This document shows positions 18,544-28,888 of a DNA stretch of 40,821 nucleotides, piece after piece. Source of the stretch: a virus. Lineage: Duplodnaviria > Caudoviricetes. The stretch is taken from positions 1 through 40,821 of IMG/VR virus record IMGVR_UViG_3300038520_001860. One strand, given 5' to 3'. The position numbers and the translations under genes were made by a program. The notes under the pieces were generated by a model that had not been told where the DNA came from, ran no database searches, and was given only the letters and a program-made list of their open reading frames with translations. Positions within the stretch are counted from its first letter, which is position 1; every line of letters begins with the position of its first letter.

Positions 18544-19698
18544 ATGGGCATAGGAAGCAAACTCAAGAAATTAGCACGAAAAGTTATACCGAAAGAGACA
18601 TCAAAGGTAGCTCCAATCGTCGGTGCGTTTAATCCAGTATTGGGCGCAGCATTAGGTGCCGCAGGAGGCATACGAGAAGGAAACATTGGCGACGCTATTA
18701 TTGGTGGAGCAAGCGCATACGGTATTGGAAGAGTAGCTCAAGGCATGGGCGTGCCACAGTTTGGTGGCAATCTTTCATCAGGATTGGGCTCAATAGTACA
18801 AAAAATACCCGGTGTCTCACAACTTGCGGGATCTTCTATTGGACAAGGCATAGGTGGTATTTTTGACAAAGCTCAAGCTTTTGGTGGTCAACTAGGAAAC
18901 ATTCTTGGAACAACAGGTGCAGCGCCTCAATCAGCTGGGACAGCAGCGACAGCGATCAATCCTGCAACCGCTGGACAAACTAGAAGAGGTACTACAACCA
19001 CGCCAAAAGCCGTGGATGAAATTCTAAACAGTGGACTTAGTCAAGATCAAAAAACTAGTCTTTTAGACGACCTTTTAAGTGGAGGAGGCCAAACAATATT
19101 AGAAAACGTCGGCGGGACTGGTGAAGCTGGCGAGGTGACAAGAGGGCAATTATTAAGAAGTTTACTTGGATTTGGTTTAGGTGCATTTGAATCACAACAA
19201 GCAAAAGATGAGTACGAAGATAGAATGAACAGAGCAGGGTTCAATCAAACTCTTGATGAACTACAAGCACAATATCAAGACCCAAGAGTTTTTGAAAGCA
19301 CTCCAATAAGCTATGAAGATGGGGGCGAAGTCAGAGATCCAGAGTATGAGGGTTGGAAAAAAATGTATGAAAAAAACCAAGATATTGGAATGATGCATCC
19401 AAAAGCCTCTGAATATTTAGAAATATATCAAAAAGAACAAGAACAATTGAATGAAAAAGCAAATGGTGGTATTATAGGGTTCGCAAACGGCGGTGAGCCA
19501 GCGATGGAAATGGACTATCGTGGCGGCGGTTTCATTCCTGTAGGCGCTAAAGAACGGGCAGATGATGTGCCTGCAAGATTATCAAAAAACGAATTTGTAA
19601 TGACAGCTGACGCTGTGCGAGCAGCAGGAGGCGGTAACGTTAATAAAGGTGCAAAAAGAATGTACTCACTAATGAACGCATTGGAGGCAAAAGCATAA
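18544..19698 (+). CDS. Internal virion / DNA ejection protein
   Basis: Gly/Ala-rich amphipathic N-terminus; C-terminal ADDVPARLSKNEFVMTADAVR motif. Confidence 0.65.
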   Translation: MGIGSKLKKLARKVIPKETSKVAPIVGAFNPVLGAALGAAGGIREGNIGDAIIGGASAYGIGRVAQGMGVPQFGGNLSSGLGSIVQKIPGVSQLAGSSIGQGIGGIFDKAQAFGGQLGNILGTTGAAPQSAGTAATAINPATAGQTRRGTTTTPKAVDEILNSGLSQDQKTSLLDDLLSGGGQTILENVGGTGEAGEVTRGQLLRSLLGFGLGAFESQQAKDEYEDRMNRAGFNQTLDELQAQYQDPRVFESTPISYEDGGEVRDPEYEGWKKMYEKNQDIGMMHPKASEYLEIYQKEQEQLNEKANGGIIGFANGGEPAMEMDYRGGGFIPVGAKERADDVPARLSKNEFVMTADAVRAAGGGNVNKGAKRMYSLMNALEAKA

Positions 19699-20438
19699 TG
19701 GCAATAGCACAACAAGATTTTACAAAAATGCCTCAATTCGCACAAGATGCGTACAAAAGGATTTTTGGACAAGCAGCGAACATAGCTGATCGTTCTATCG
19801 ACACAGCTGCCTTAGCACCAGACCTTGACCCCTATCAACAGCAAGCAGCAACTTTACTTACACAAGGTATAGGTTCCTACAGTCCTTTCTTACAACAAGC
19901 ACAAGAGTTTGCAGGCCCAGGCGGCGCTCAAGCTTTTATGAATCCGTACACACAAAATGTTGTTGATCAAACAACTCAACAATTACAAAAACAATTTGGA
20001 CTACAAAAAGCTCAAGCAGATCAACGTGCGATACAATCAGGATCTTTCGCTGGTAGTGGCACAAGAGGTGCTGTATTTGATGCGGCGTTGGCAGGAGAAC
20101 AGGCAGACACACTAGGAAGAACTGTGGCGGACTTATATAATCAAGGTTTCACTCAAGCTCAACAAGCAGCACAAACTGGCGCTGGTATTCTTGGAAGTCT
20201 AGGGCAACAGATTCAGGGACAACGGCTAGCGGACGTTAACGCACTATTCAATCTTGGTGGTGCAAGAAGAGATATTGCAGCTCAAAGAGGTATGCTTGGT
20301 TTCCAACTTCCTATAACTCAATCAAGTTTCTTACAACAAGCCTTCTCAGGTGTGCCTTTGTTTCAAGCAGCTCCTATGCCTAATCCATTACAAACTGGTT
20401 TATCACTAGGCGGCATATTTGGTGGCTTCGGTGGATAA
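19698..20438 (+). CDS. Internal virion / DNA transfer protein
   Basis: Q/A/G-rich helical protein; FMNPY..NVVD motif. Confidence 0.65.
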   Translation: MAIAQQDFTKMPQFAQDAYKRIFGQAANIADRSIDTAALAPDLDPYQQQAATLLTQGIGSYSPFLQQAQEFAGPGGAQAFMNPYTQNVVDQTTQQLQKQFGLQKAQADQRAIQSGSFAGSGTRGAVFDAALAGEQADTLGRTVADLYNQGFTQAQQAAQTGAGILGSLGQQIQGQRLADVNALFNLGGARRDIAAQRGMLGFQLPITQSSFLQQAFSGVPLFQAAPMPNPLQTGLSLGGIFGGFGG

Positions 20439-22044
20439 GGTATTACAAAGATCATTATTTAAAATGCCGGTGCACGAGCACTACGGTACAGGAATAGCTT
20501 CTGGGTTGGCCGACAGGCCAGGGTACGCGGTCGGCGGACGGGTTAATTTAAAGGTAGGTGGGGACCCTGAACGTGTGGAAAAAGGGAAAAACACTTTGGA
20601 AGGTTTTTATAAAGAAGCTCCTGAAACACTTGCTAACGGTCTTAGGAACGCAATGGTCACAGAATATTTAACCAACTTAGAATCCATTAAGGGCTTGGAT
20701 GAAGCAGGGAAAAAAGATTATTTTAATAATTTTGTCAATAGCTGGTATGACACACTGCCTCCTGATATTGTGAATTTTATCAAAGAAGGAGCAAAAGAAG
20801 ACGGGTCGCCTCAAGCAAAAGAGTTGTTTCAAGCAATAAAGAGTGAATTAAAAGAAACATTTAATCAACTACCAACTTTTGAAAAAGATATTTATTTCAA
20901 AAGCATTGAAAATAACGGTCAAGCCTTGCCTAATTTTCAAACGGAACTAGAGGGTTTTAACAATTATTATGGGGGAAATTTAGATGAATTATCTAAAATT
21001 ACAGGTATAGACATAACGCCAGGCACCTCAAAAGAAACTGAAGAAAAACAGGTGGTTGAAGGGGATCTTACCATAGCTCCCCCTCCTAGGCCAGATCCTA
21101 AACCAGAAGGCCTCGCAGCGTTGGACCGAACTAGCCCACAGTTTAGAAAAGAGTATGTTGACTACTTACAACAATTACAAGAAGAAACTGGTTTGGCTGA
21201 TAGAAGAAGAAGAGAAGCGGTTGAAGCTGGCTTCTTTAATCTAGGTGCAGCCGATCCTGTTCAACCAGGAGAGTCTTTAGTTCAAGCAGGTATTAGAGCG
21301 TTTAGAGACCCTATGGCAAACTTGCGAGCACAAGAAGCCGTGCAAGCTGAAAATATTTACACACGAGGCGCTGATGTTCTTGATGAAGCTCTTGCACCAT
21401 CAGATTCTGCAAACGTACAATTAATTGAAAGAATAATAGCTACTGGTGTTCCAGAAGCACAAGCTGTTGACATTGTAACAGGACTAAGCACTGCGAAAGC
21501 AGCGCAACTTGAAGACATCCTTAAAAACGATAGACTCTTTAACAATGTTATTATTCCTCTTGTTCAAGGAGATCCGGATAAAAACATTCCAGGGATGACT
21601 CTTCCAGACGCAATCAAACAAGTAACAGGAATACCATTACTACAAACCGCGGAAGACATTGTAGCTCAACAAAACTTGACTGATCCAACAATTACCGCCA
21701 CCACGTTACAGGGCATAGAGGAATCTAAAGATGGTGGACGAGTCGGGTTTCAACAGGGCGGTGAGGCCATATCAGAGGCTGTGGTGGACAGAGCAATGCA
21801 GCCTACAGGCATTAACGCTGGGTCTCCTTCTATATCTCCAATGTCTTTTGACGAGTTGAGAGAAAAACTTCCAGACTACATTAGTGATGATGTTGTAAAG
21901 CTTTTAGCAGAAAACCCAATGGCTCTGATGGAACTAGCACAGGCACAAACAGACAGAGATCTTAGAGCGTTTGAAAAAAAATATAAAGTGGATGTGACTA
22001 TGCCACAAGCCGAGTCAGAGGTCGATTATACCGGAGCGGTATAA
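20419..22044 (+). CDS. Internal virion protein (start uncertain; GTG at 20422 or 20431 plausible)
   Basis: Helical acidic protein in the ejection-gene cluster; paired GG motifs near both ends. Confidence 0.6.
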   Translation: MVASVDKVLQRSLFKMPVHEHYGTGIASGLADRPGYAVGGRVNLKVGGDPERVEKGKNTLEGFYKEAPETLANGLRNAMVTEYLTNLESIKGLDEAGKKDYFNNFVNSWYDTLPPDIVNFIKEGAKEDGSPQAKELFQAIKSELKETFNQLPTFEKDIYFKSIENNGQALPNFQTELEGFNNYYGGNLDELSKITGIDITPGTSKETEEKQVVEGDLTIAPPPRPDPKPEGLAALDRTSPQFRKEYVDYLQQLQEETGLADRRRREAVEAGFFNLGAADPVQPGESLVQAGIRAFRDPMANLRAQEAVQAENIYTRGADVLDEALAPSDSANVQLIERIIATGVPEAQAVDIVTGLSTAKAAQLEDILKNDRLFNNVIIPLVQGDPDKNIPGMTLPDAIKQVTGIPLLQTAEDIVAQQNLTDPTITATTLQGIEESKDGGRVGFQQGGEAISEAVVDRAMQPTGINAGSPSISPMSFDELREKLPDYISDDVVKLLAENPMALMELAQAQTDRDLRAFEKKYKVDVTMPQAESEVDYTGAV

Positions 22045-25000
22045 TGGTTAAAAAAGACGAAAGAAATTATATTCTTGGAACTGAACTAGGGACAAAAGGT
22101 CCTGAATTCAACATATTTGAAAAAGTTGCATTAGGCGCCGCTTCTGGCGTATTAAAAATACCAGAGTCTATTTTAGAATTAGGTGCTGCATTTTCAGATG
22201 CAGCGTTTAACACAGAGTTGGTTTCTGCGTTAGAAAGAAATTTCCCCAGAATAAATGTCACAGACGGACCAGGTAAGTTTGTAGAAATAATTCTTCAATA
22301 CGGAATCCCTTATACCAAGGCATTACAAATAGCAAATAAAATGCATGGGTTGAAAAAACTAAGAGACCTTGGACAGGGTTCTAGTAAAATTTCTAAAATT
22401 GCTGGTAAAATGGGTTATTATGGTATTCCCGCTATCGCCACTGACACTTTGGTTGGAGCTTCAAGAGATGTGACATTGGGAGAAACTTTTGGTTTGTATC
22501 AGGGTTACGAAAAAGGAAGAGAGGGTAAGGTTGGACGAGAGCTAGCTGGGGAAGTTTTTAAACAAAGAGCTTTATTGGGTTTGGAAGGCGGAGCCTTGGC
22601 GGGGCTTATTACAACAGCGTTGCCACCAGCATTAAGCGCAACGGCGACTGGTGTTGCCAAAGGAGCAGGATATGTAAGCAGGGGGGTTTCTCCAATAATT
22701 AATCCTGTAGCACAACTGGTAGGAAATTCCGTCGTGGGTGCTGGAGCAAGAAAAACTTTAAACGCAATAAAATTTGCAAAAGAAAAAATAGACCCCACTT
22801 CTTTAACTGATTTAAGATTTACCAGATCAGATCAAATGACTTTTTTTCAAAGACTTAAACAACGTATTGGAAACTTACTCACTCCAGAAGGGACCATGAC
22901 AAGACAACAATTTGAAAGTTTTCAAAATGAAGTTAATACTCTTAAAATGGTAAGGGGGGACTTAGATTTTTATTTAAAAAGATCTGAGCAAGAAATAAAA
23001 AAGGCTGTAGAAACTTTAGGCTTGGCTAAAGGAGAATCGTTAACAAAACAAAAATCAATACTAGAGGATTTTGTAAACGCTGTGGACTTGACTAAAGAAG
23101 GGGGCATAAAAACTTTTACAAAAAAAATGCAAAACATTTTTGGAGTGCGAGAATCTAAAGATCTTATAGACTCCGTAAAAAATTTAAGAATATTCTCTCA
23201 AGATTATCGAGACAAGACATTAAATAGTTTTGCAAAACCTGTCTTAGGCAGAAAGTCTAAATCAGCAGCAAGGGAAATTAACGAAGAAATAGTATCTTTA
23301 TTAGATAAAAGAGTTGGCACGGTATACAAAGCTTTTGATCGAGGTTCTAGATTTAAATTTTCTGGAAAACAGTTTGAACAAAACAAAGCTGTCGCTATAA
23401 AAGACGCAGCGGATGCGTTAAGCAAGGGTGCATTAAAAGGCAAAGATCCAAAAACCATAAACGCTGTTGCAAAAAAAGAAGTGGAACAATTGATTCGTCT
23501 TGCAGAAAACAGTGGCACAGAGGGCAACTTTTTTTATCGAATAAAAGATTTAAAAACACTTAAACCAAAAGATTCTTATCTTAGTATCACCAAAGAAATG
23601 GCAGAAAGAAGAACTTTTGACGTCCCCGGCAAGTATGCTCTAAGTTTAAGAAACCTTTTGGGCGGCACGTTTGACCCTACGCAGGCTTTTTTTGACAAGT
23701 ATATGGCCATAGGATCTATATTAGGGCAAAAAAGATATGTGAATGAAATAGTTGAGTTTAACAAAAATCTTGGTGTTGCTGTGGCCGGTAGAAAAGAAAA
23801 GTTTTTATTCACTCCAACTCAAACAAAAGAACAACTTATGAAAAAGGGTATTGATTCGGTTACAGCGCAGAGCATCGTGGATGATGATTTAATCAAACAA
23901 ATCTCAAAGGAGTATGGTATTCCAGAAGCCAGTGTAAACAAGTCGCGGATAGATCCATCGGTTCTTTCTAAAAACATGAGAGATGGGGAAGATGTATTTG
24001 GAATTTATGATGCGATTAATCCTACAAGGGACGCTGCCAGAGTGGGTGGCTATCATACAAGCACTGGTGTTGCACAGGCTATGGCGGGCGTGGAAAATTA
24101 CACAAACTTTTTGGTCAACCTTCCGTTGTACAAATCATTTTTAATGGCAAAAGGTGCAACACAAGTTGGTAAAACTATTCTCAGCCCTGTCACACAAATT
24201 AGAAACTTTACGTCTGCCGCATTTTTTGCTTTGCACAACGGCCACATGGGCAATCCTTTTGGTCTTGCAAAAGGAAATTTTTCTTTTGCAGATGTTTTAA
24301 AAACACATATAGATGAAATTTTTCCTGAAGGGCGCGTTACAAATGAAGGATTGAAAAGATTAGCGCAAGAGGCAGCGAGAAAAAATGAATTAGGTGTCAC
24401 TAGTGGTAGTGTCGTTCAAAAAGAAATAGATGCCTTATTGATTGATGTTGCAAAAGACGGGTCTGCTTACAGAACAACGGAGGACATATTTAATAGAATA
24501 ATTCAATCTCCAACATACAGAAAAGTTTTTAACAAGGCTCAACAGTTTTACACTAAAGGTGATGATATCTGGAAAGACTACGGATATAGATTTACTTTAT
24601 CTCAATTAGGCAAAGCGTTTGAAGGAAAACCAGACAACGCGGCAACAGTTAAACTTATTGAAAAAGCACATTTGCAAGTTTTTGGCAGACGACCAAACGT
24701 GACCAACGAGTTTGGAAAATTAAAAAGCAAGGACGAATTGTTAGAAGAGTTCTCTGCAGAATATATTAAAAACACATATCCCAACTATCAGTACGTGCCT
24801 GAGGCAATTAAAATTCTAAGAAGATTGCCTATCGGTAACTTCATTTCGTTTCCTGCTGAGATATTAAGAACCTCTGGAAATTTAGTTAAATTAACAGGGA
24901 GAGAAATGAGTATAAATACTGGAGATGCAGCCATAGATGCTTATTTTAGACAAATGGGGTCTAGAAGATTGATAGGTCAAATGGCAGGATACTCGACTGG

Positions 25001-26255
25001 GCCAGCATTAGCAGCTTATTCTTTAAAAGCTTTGGGTATAACAGAAGAACAAGCGGATGCTTTAAAGGAGGATAATGTTGCAGAGTGGAACAAGTTTAGT
25101 GATTTAATTGTTATAGGCAAAGAAAAAGTGAGAGAAGGTGGTGTCAATAATGTCAAATACAGATATTTAAATTTTGCTTATCAAAATCCTTATGATTACA
25201 TACGAGCTCCGTTCTATACTTTCTTTGGACAAATGGCTGCTGGACAAAAATTAGGTAGAGACTTTGACGATCGTTTTGTGCGAAGTTTTGGAGAATCAAT
25301 AAGAACATTGTTTGAACCTTTTATAGACGAGGCGATTTTAACAGAACGATTAAACGATGTAGTTTTAAGAAAAGGTCGAACCAGAAGAGGTTCTCTTGTG
25401 TATGATGAGAATGATGAACTAGGTGATATACTGGCTAAAAGTTTTGCTCACGTGGTGAAAGGAGTTTCTCCAGGAGTCCTTACACAAGTGGCTAATGTCT
25501 CATCGGCTGTAGCAGAGGATCAAACAAGATTTGGCAAACAGTACAAATTAGGTGATGAATTACTTGCTTTGTTGTCTGGTATTAGAGTGTATGAAGCAGA
25601 CATAAAAAACAACTTAAATTACGCTGTTAACGATTTTAGAAGAGCAAATGGTATAAATAAAAGAAATGCTGGCGCTTTAATTTTTGCAGCGAACGTCACA
25701 CCAAATACCATAGCGACCGCTTACGATGAATATGTCAGGGAGTCTTATAAATCATACACAAAAGCAAGAAAAACAATCAATGACGCCGTAAAGTTAGGTC
25801 TCACTGAGGAAGACGTATTTTCAATATTTGAACAAAGGGGAATACGAAAAGACATTGTGGACACGTTAAGAGATAAAAAATTCTACCCACCTGGATACGA
25901 AACGTTTTATAATGACCAAAGATTTCAAAACATACTGGAAACAAGGGGCTTTCCAACTAATCTATTTCCTTTTAGAGAATTAGAAGCAATTAGGTCTGGT
26001 TACGACAACATTGATTTATTTAAATCCTTAGACAGCATAAGAAGAACGATAGATAGAGAACGCCCTCCTCCAGTATTCACACCAACAGAAACAACAGCTC
26101 AGCGACAAGGGACAACGGTTCAGGGACAAGGGTTGGCTACTCCAGCAGCGGGACCATCAATTGGACCAGTTGCAGGGTTACCAAAAACACCATCTCAAAG
26201 ACTAAGAGAAGGAGACCCTTTAGCAGAAGAAGTATTGGGAGGCATAGCTACGTGA
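22044..26255 (+). CDS. Large internal virion / ejection protein (large polyvalent protein-like)
   Basis: 1403 aa, mostly helical; last of the ejection cluster; LPIGNFISFPAEILR and NPYD motifs. Confidence 0.65.
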   Translation: MVKKDERNYILGTELGTKGPEFNIFEKVALGAASGVLKIPESILELGAAFSDAAFNTELVSALERNFPRINVTDGPGKFVEIILQYGIPYTKALQIANKMHGLKKLRDLGQGSSKISKIAGKMGYYGIPAIATDTLVGASRDVTLGETFGLYQGYEKGREGKVGRELAGEVFKQRALLGLEGGALAGLITTALPPALSATATGVAKGAGYVSRGVSPIINPVAQLVGNSVVGAGARKTLNAIKFAKEKIDPTSLTDLRFTRSDQMTFFQRLKQRIGNLLTPEGTMTRQQFESFQNEVNTLKMVRGDLDFYLKRSEQEIKKAVETLGLAKGESLTKQKSILEDFVNAVDLTKEGGIKTFTKKMQNIFGVRESKDLIDSVKNLRIFSQDYRDKTLNSFAKPVLGRKSKSAAREINEEIVSLLDKRVGTVYKAFDRGSRFKFSGKQFEQNKAVAIKDAADALSKGALKGKDPKTINAVAKKEVEQLIRLAENSGTEGNFFYRIKDLKTLKPKDSYLSITKEMAERRTFDVPGKYALSLRNLLGGTFDPTQAFFDKYMAIGSILGQKRYVNEIVEFNKNLGVAVAGRKEKFLFTPTQTKEQLMKKGIDSVTAQSIVDDDLIKQISKEYGIPEASVNKSRIDPSVLSKNMRDGEDVFGIYDAINPTRDAARVGGYHTSTGVAQAMAGVENYTNFLVNLPLYKSFLMAKGATQVGKTILSPVTQIRNFTSAAFFALHNGHMGNPFGLAKGNFSFADVLKTHIDEIFPEGRVTNEGLKRLAQEAARKNELGVTSGSVVQKEIDALLIDVAKDGSAYRTTEDIFNRIIQSPTYRKVFNKAQQFYTKGDDIWKDYGYRFTLSQLGKAFEGKPDNAATVKLIEKAHLQVFGRRPNVTNEFGKLKSKDELLEEFSAEYIKNTYPNYQYVPEAIKILRRLPIGNFISFPAEILRTSGNLVKLTGREMSINTGDAAIDAYFRQMGSRRLIGQMAGYSTGPALAAYSLKALGITEEQADALKEDNVAEWNKFSDLIVIGKEKVREGGVNNVKYRYLNFAYQNPYDYIRAPFYTFFGQMAAGQKLGRDFDDRFVRSFGESIRTLFEPFIDEAILTERLNDVVLRKGRTRRGSLVYDENDELGDILAKSFAHVVKGVSPGVLTQVANVSSAVAEDQTRFGKQYKLGDELLALLSGIRVYEADIKNNLNYAVNDFRRANGINKRNAGALIFAANVTPNTIATAYDEYVRESYKSYTKARKTINDAVKLGLTEEDVFSIFEQRGIRKDIVDTLRDKKFYPPGYETFYNDQRFQNILETRGFPTNLFPFRELEAIRSGYDNIDLFKSLDSIRRTIDRERPPPVFTPTETTAQRQGTTVQGQGLATPAAGPSIGPVAGLPKTPSQRLREGDPLAEEVLGGIAT

Positions 26256-26482
26256 CGGACGAAGATACTAAATACGCTTTAGAGGCACACCTAAAAGAAT
26301 GTGAACTGCGCTATCAAATATTTGAAGAGAAGTTAGACAACTTAAACGAACATCAAGAACGCATCAACAAACACACATTTGAGTTACGTCAGATGATGAC
26401 TTGGTTTATGGGGGCGGCAGCATCGTTCGCAGCTATCTCTCTTCTTCTCGGAATAATTTATTTAATTAAGGAGGTAGTATGA
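26252..26482 (+). CDS. Coiled-coil protein with C-terminal TM
   Basis: GTG start; LEAH..EC..RY heptads then a TM helix. Confidence 0.65.
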   Translation: MTDEDTKYALEAHLKECELRYQIFEEKLDNLNEHQERINKHTFELRQMMTWFMGAAASFAAISLLLGIIYLIKEVV

Positions 26483-26853
26483 AACTATCGGAAAACACCA
26501 GCATCTCACTCCCGGCACGTAACTTAATAGCCATCCTGGCGGCTGTCGCAATCGGCACCATGTCATACTTCTCTATTATTGAGCGGCTTAATTCTATTGA
26601 ATCAGATTTAAGACTGATACACAAAGATATAGAAGCAGCTAATGCTTTTATTGACGGTGTCCCCAAAGGCGACATGGTCAGTCCACAAGTCCAAGAGCTC
26701 TACATGTTGGTTGAATATCTTTCAGGTAATGTAGATAAGTTAAAAGCTCAGATGGAAGAAGAGATACCTATGATACTAAAGAACGACATGGTTATACAAT
26801 TTCATGAGGAAAGATTAATAGATTTGGAGTCAAAACAAAATGGAGTCCATTAA
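26479..26853 (+). CDS. N-terminal TM coiled-coil protein
   Basis: SD AAGGAGG; TM then heptads. Confidence 0.7.
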   Translation: MKLSENTSISLPARNLIAILAAVAIGTMSYFSIIERLNSIESDLRLIHKDIEAANAFIDGVPKGDMVSPQVQELYMLVEYLSGNVDKLKAQMEEEIPMILKNDMVIQFHEERLIDLESKQNGVH

Positions 26854-27061
26854 AGTTGTATTTGCAATACTGATGATACAGAACGGTTCAACAATTGAGA
26901 TGGTGCCGACGGAGGGTCTGAGCGACTGTCTTAAGCAGAAACGTATTATCGCTAGAAACATTGGAGAAGAACAGCAAGGAATATACATGAACTGCCGCGA
27001 GGTAGAGGCTGTTGTATACGAAGACATGGGCCGACTTAAAATTAAAAAAATTATTGAGTAA
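26840..27061 (+). CDS. Hypothetical protein
   Basis: GGAG upstream; two Cys; overlaps the previous gene. Confidence 0.65.
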   Translation: MESIKVVFAILMIQNGSTIEMVPTEGLSDCLKQKRIIARNIGEEQQGIYMNCREVEAVVYEDMGRLKIKKIIE

Positions 27062-27427
27062 CTACATCCCTAGTTTTTTCATCGACTCTTCTAATCTTTT
27101 TTCTCTTGGTGTTGATTGACTAATGTGGCCTTGAATCCACATGCAACCGTCAGCATCTACAATAAGAAACACAATGCCGTCATCAGGGTAATCTCTTTGA
27201 TTGGCTCTTAAAGTTGCGCCAGATATCCTAGTTTTTTTAGTGTCAACATAATTTAAAGATTTAACATCAGCTCGCAAAAGTTTTTTAGTCTTTCTACTTT
27301 CTATGACTATATCAAACTGGCCATGGTATTCTGAATTTGGATAGACGTTGTAGCCCGCCTCTAACAGTTTAGAGATAGCAAAATGTAAAGCAATGTTTCC
27401 TTTGGTGTGGCCAGAGTTATCCGACAA
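27062..27427 (-). CDS. PD-(D/E)XK endonuclease-like protein
   Basis: KG.IA......LL..GYNVY.....FDIVIE......ADVKS pattern. Confidence 0.65.
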   Translation of the reverse strand: MSDNSGHTKGNIALHFAISKLLEAGYNVYPNSEYHGQFDIVIESRKTKKLLRADVKSLNYVDTKKTRISGATLRANQRDYPDDGIVFLIVDADGCMWIQGHISQSTPREKRLEESMKKLGM

Positions 27428-27433
27428 ACCTAA

Positions 27434-28888
27434 TCATAGCCATTCTTTCAGCTCCTCGCCTAATATTTCATTAGCTATGTCTATTTTTTGTCTTAAAGCG
27501 GCAACAATCTTTTCGTCAACAGATTCTTCACAGATGATGTCAACATAATTTACTTTGTCTGTCTGTCCTATTCTGTGTGCTCTGTCCTCCGACTGCAGTC
27601 TTTTCTCTAGATCATAACTATTAGAATAGTATACGACAGTTTTAGCTGCAGTCAAAGTAATCCCGTAGCCCCCTGTTTGAGGATTACCAATAAAAAATCG
27701 AACTGGGGACTCTAGATCTTGAAATTTATCTATATTACTTTGCCGATGTTTCTGTTTTGTTTCACCATAATATGTACAGAAAGAGCCCTCTCCAAACCTT
27801 TTACCTATCTCTTTGGCAATGTTTTGTATGTCTTGCACATAGTTAGACCAAATAATCACCTTGCCTTCACACTCCTCTAGAACATCCAACAGCTCTGACA
27901 TCCTGTTGTTTTTGACTGCCGTAGTTGTGCCATCATCTGCCTTAAAATGGCCACAAGTTATTTGGTGCAGACGCAACATTTGAGTCAACACATTCATCGT
28001 AGAACAAACTTTTGTATTAAGTTCCGCAAGAGCAATAGATTTCATAGAGTTGTACAATCGTTTTTGTTCTGCTGTCATTTGAACGACACGCTTCTGATAC
28101 ACCTTGTCTGGTAGATCAAGGCAGTCTTCTTTTAAAATCCTGTATGAAAAATCTGATACGATCGATGACAACTCATCGAGGTTTCTGTAGCTGTCGTTTG
28201 GTCGAACGATCTCTACCCTGTGCCCATTCACATTGATTGTTGTCATGTTAGCGTATCGCATTCTAAACGAGTAAAAAGAATCGTGTCCCAATAAATCTGA
28301 GTCTAGGAAACCACATTGTGAGTACAGGTCGAGTGGGCTTTTGGTGACAGGGCTCCCTGTCATAATTCTTTTGTAGTTTGCATGACGGCCAACGGATGAT
28401 ATGTTTATAGTCCTCTGAGCTCTTGGCGTTTTTATTGAAGTGCTTTCGTCCACAGCCATCAAACATTTGTATGCCCACAAAAACTTTTCGGCTTCTTTCA
28501 TGCCAGGACCTGTAGAAAAGGCTTCAACATTCATTACAAAAAATGTCAAACAGGGGTCTCTGGTCTCATCGTAAAGCTGAGACAACATCTGCTTATCATC
28601 TTTTGTTCTCGAGCTCGGTGCTACCCAGTGAAATGTTCTACAATTAATGTGGTCGGGCACGTGCTTTGGTATTTCTTGCTCCACCCAGTTACGATACACG
28701 CCCTTTGGTGCCACTATCAATGCCGCATTGATCTTGCCTTTATCGTAGAGCATAGAGATGTTGTCTAATAATATTTTAGACTTACCTGTCCCCATCTCAC
28801 AAAACAGAGCAAAGTTCTTTTTATCCCAACTGCTTTTCAAAGCCTTCATCTGATGCTTGTAAGGCTTCGTCTTAAACTTGTATTTCAT
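27434..28888 (-). CDS. SNF2-family (SF2) helicase
   Basis: EMGTGKS, VDEST, TGSP, GITLTAA, QSEDRAHRIGQ; start MKYKFKT at 28888. Confidence 0.93.
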   Translation of the reverse strand: MKYKFKTKPYKHQMKALKSSWDKKNFALFCEMGTGKSKILLDNISMLYDKGKINAALIVAPKGVYRNWVEQEIPKHVPDHINCRTFHWVAPSSRTKDDKQMLSQLYDETRDPCLTFFVMNVEAFSTGPGMKEAEKFLWAYKCLMAVDESTSIKTPRAQRTINISSVGRHANYKRIMTGSPVTKSPLDLYSQCGFLDSDLLGHDSFYSFRMRYANMTTINVNGHRVEIVRPNDSYRNLDELSSIVSDFSYRILKEDCLDLPDKVYQKRVVQMTAEQKRLYNSMKSIALAELNTKVCSTMNVLTQMLRLHQITCGHFKADDGTTTAVKNNRMSELLDVLEECEGKVIIWSNYVQDIQNIAKEIGKRFGEGSFCTYYGETKQKHRQSNIDKFQDLESPVRFFIGNPQTGGYGITLTAAKTVVYYSNSYDLEKRLQSEDRAHRIGQTDKVNYVDIICEESVDEKIVAALRQKIDIANEILGEELKEWL

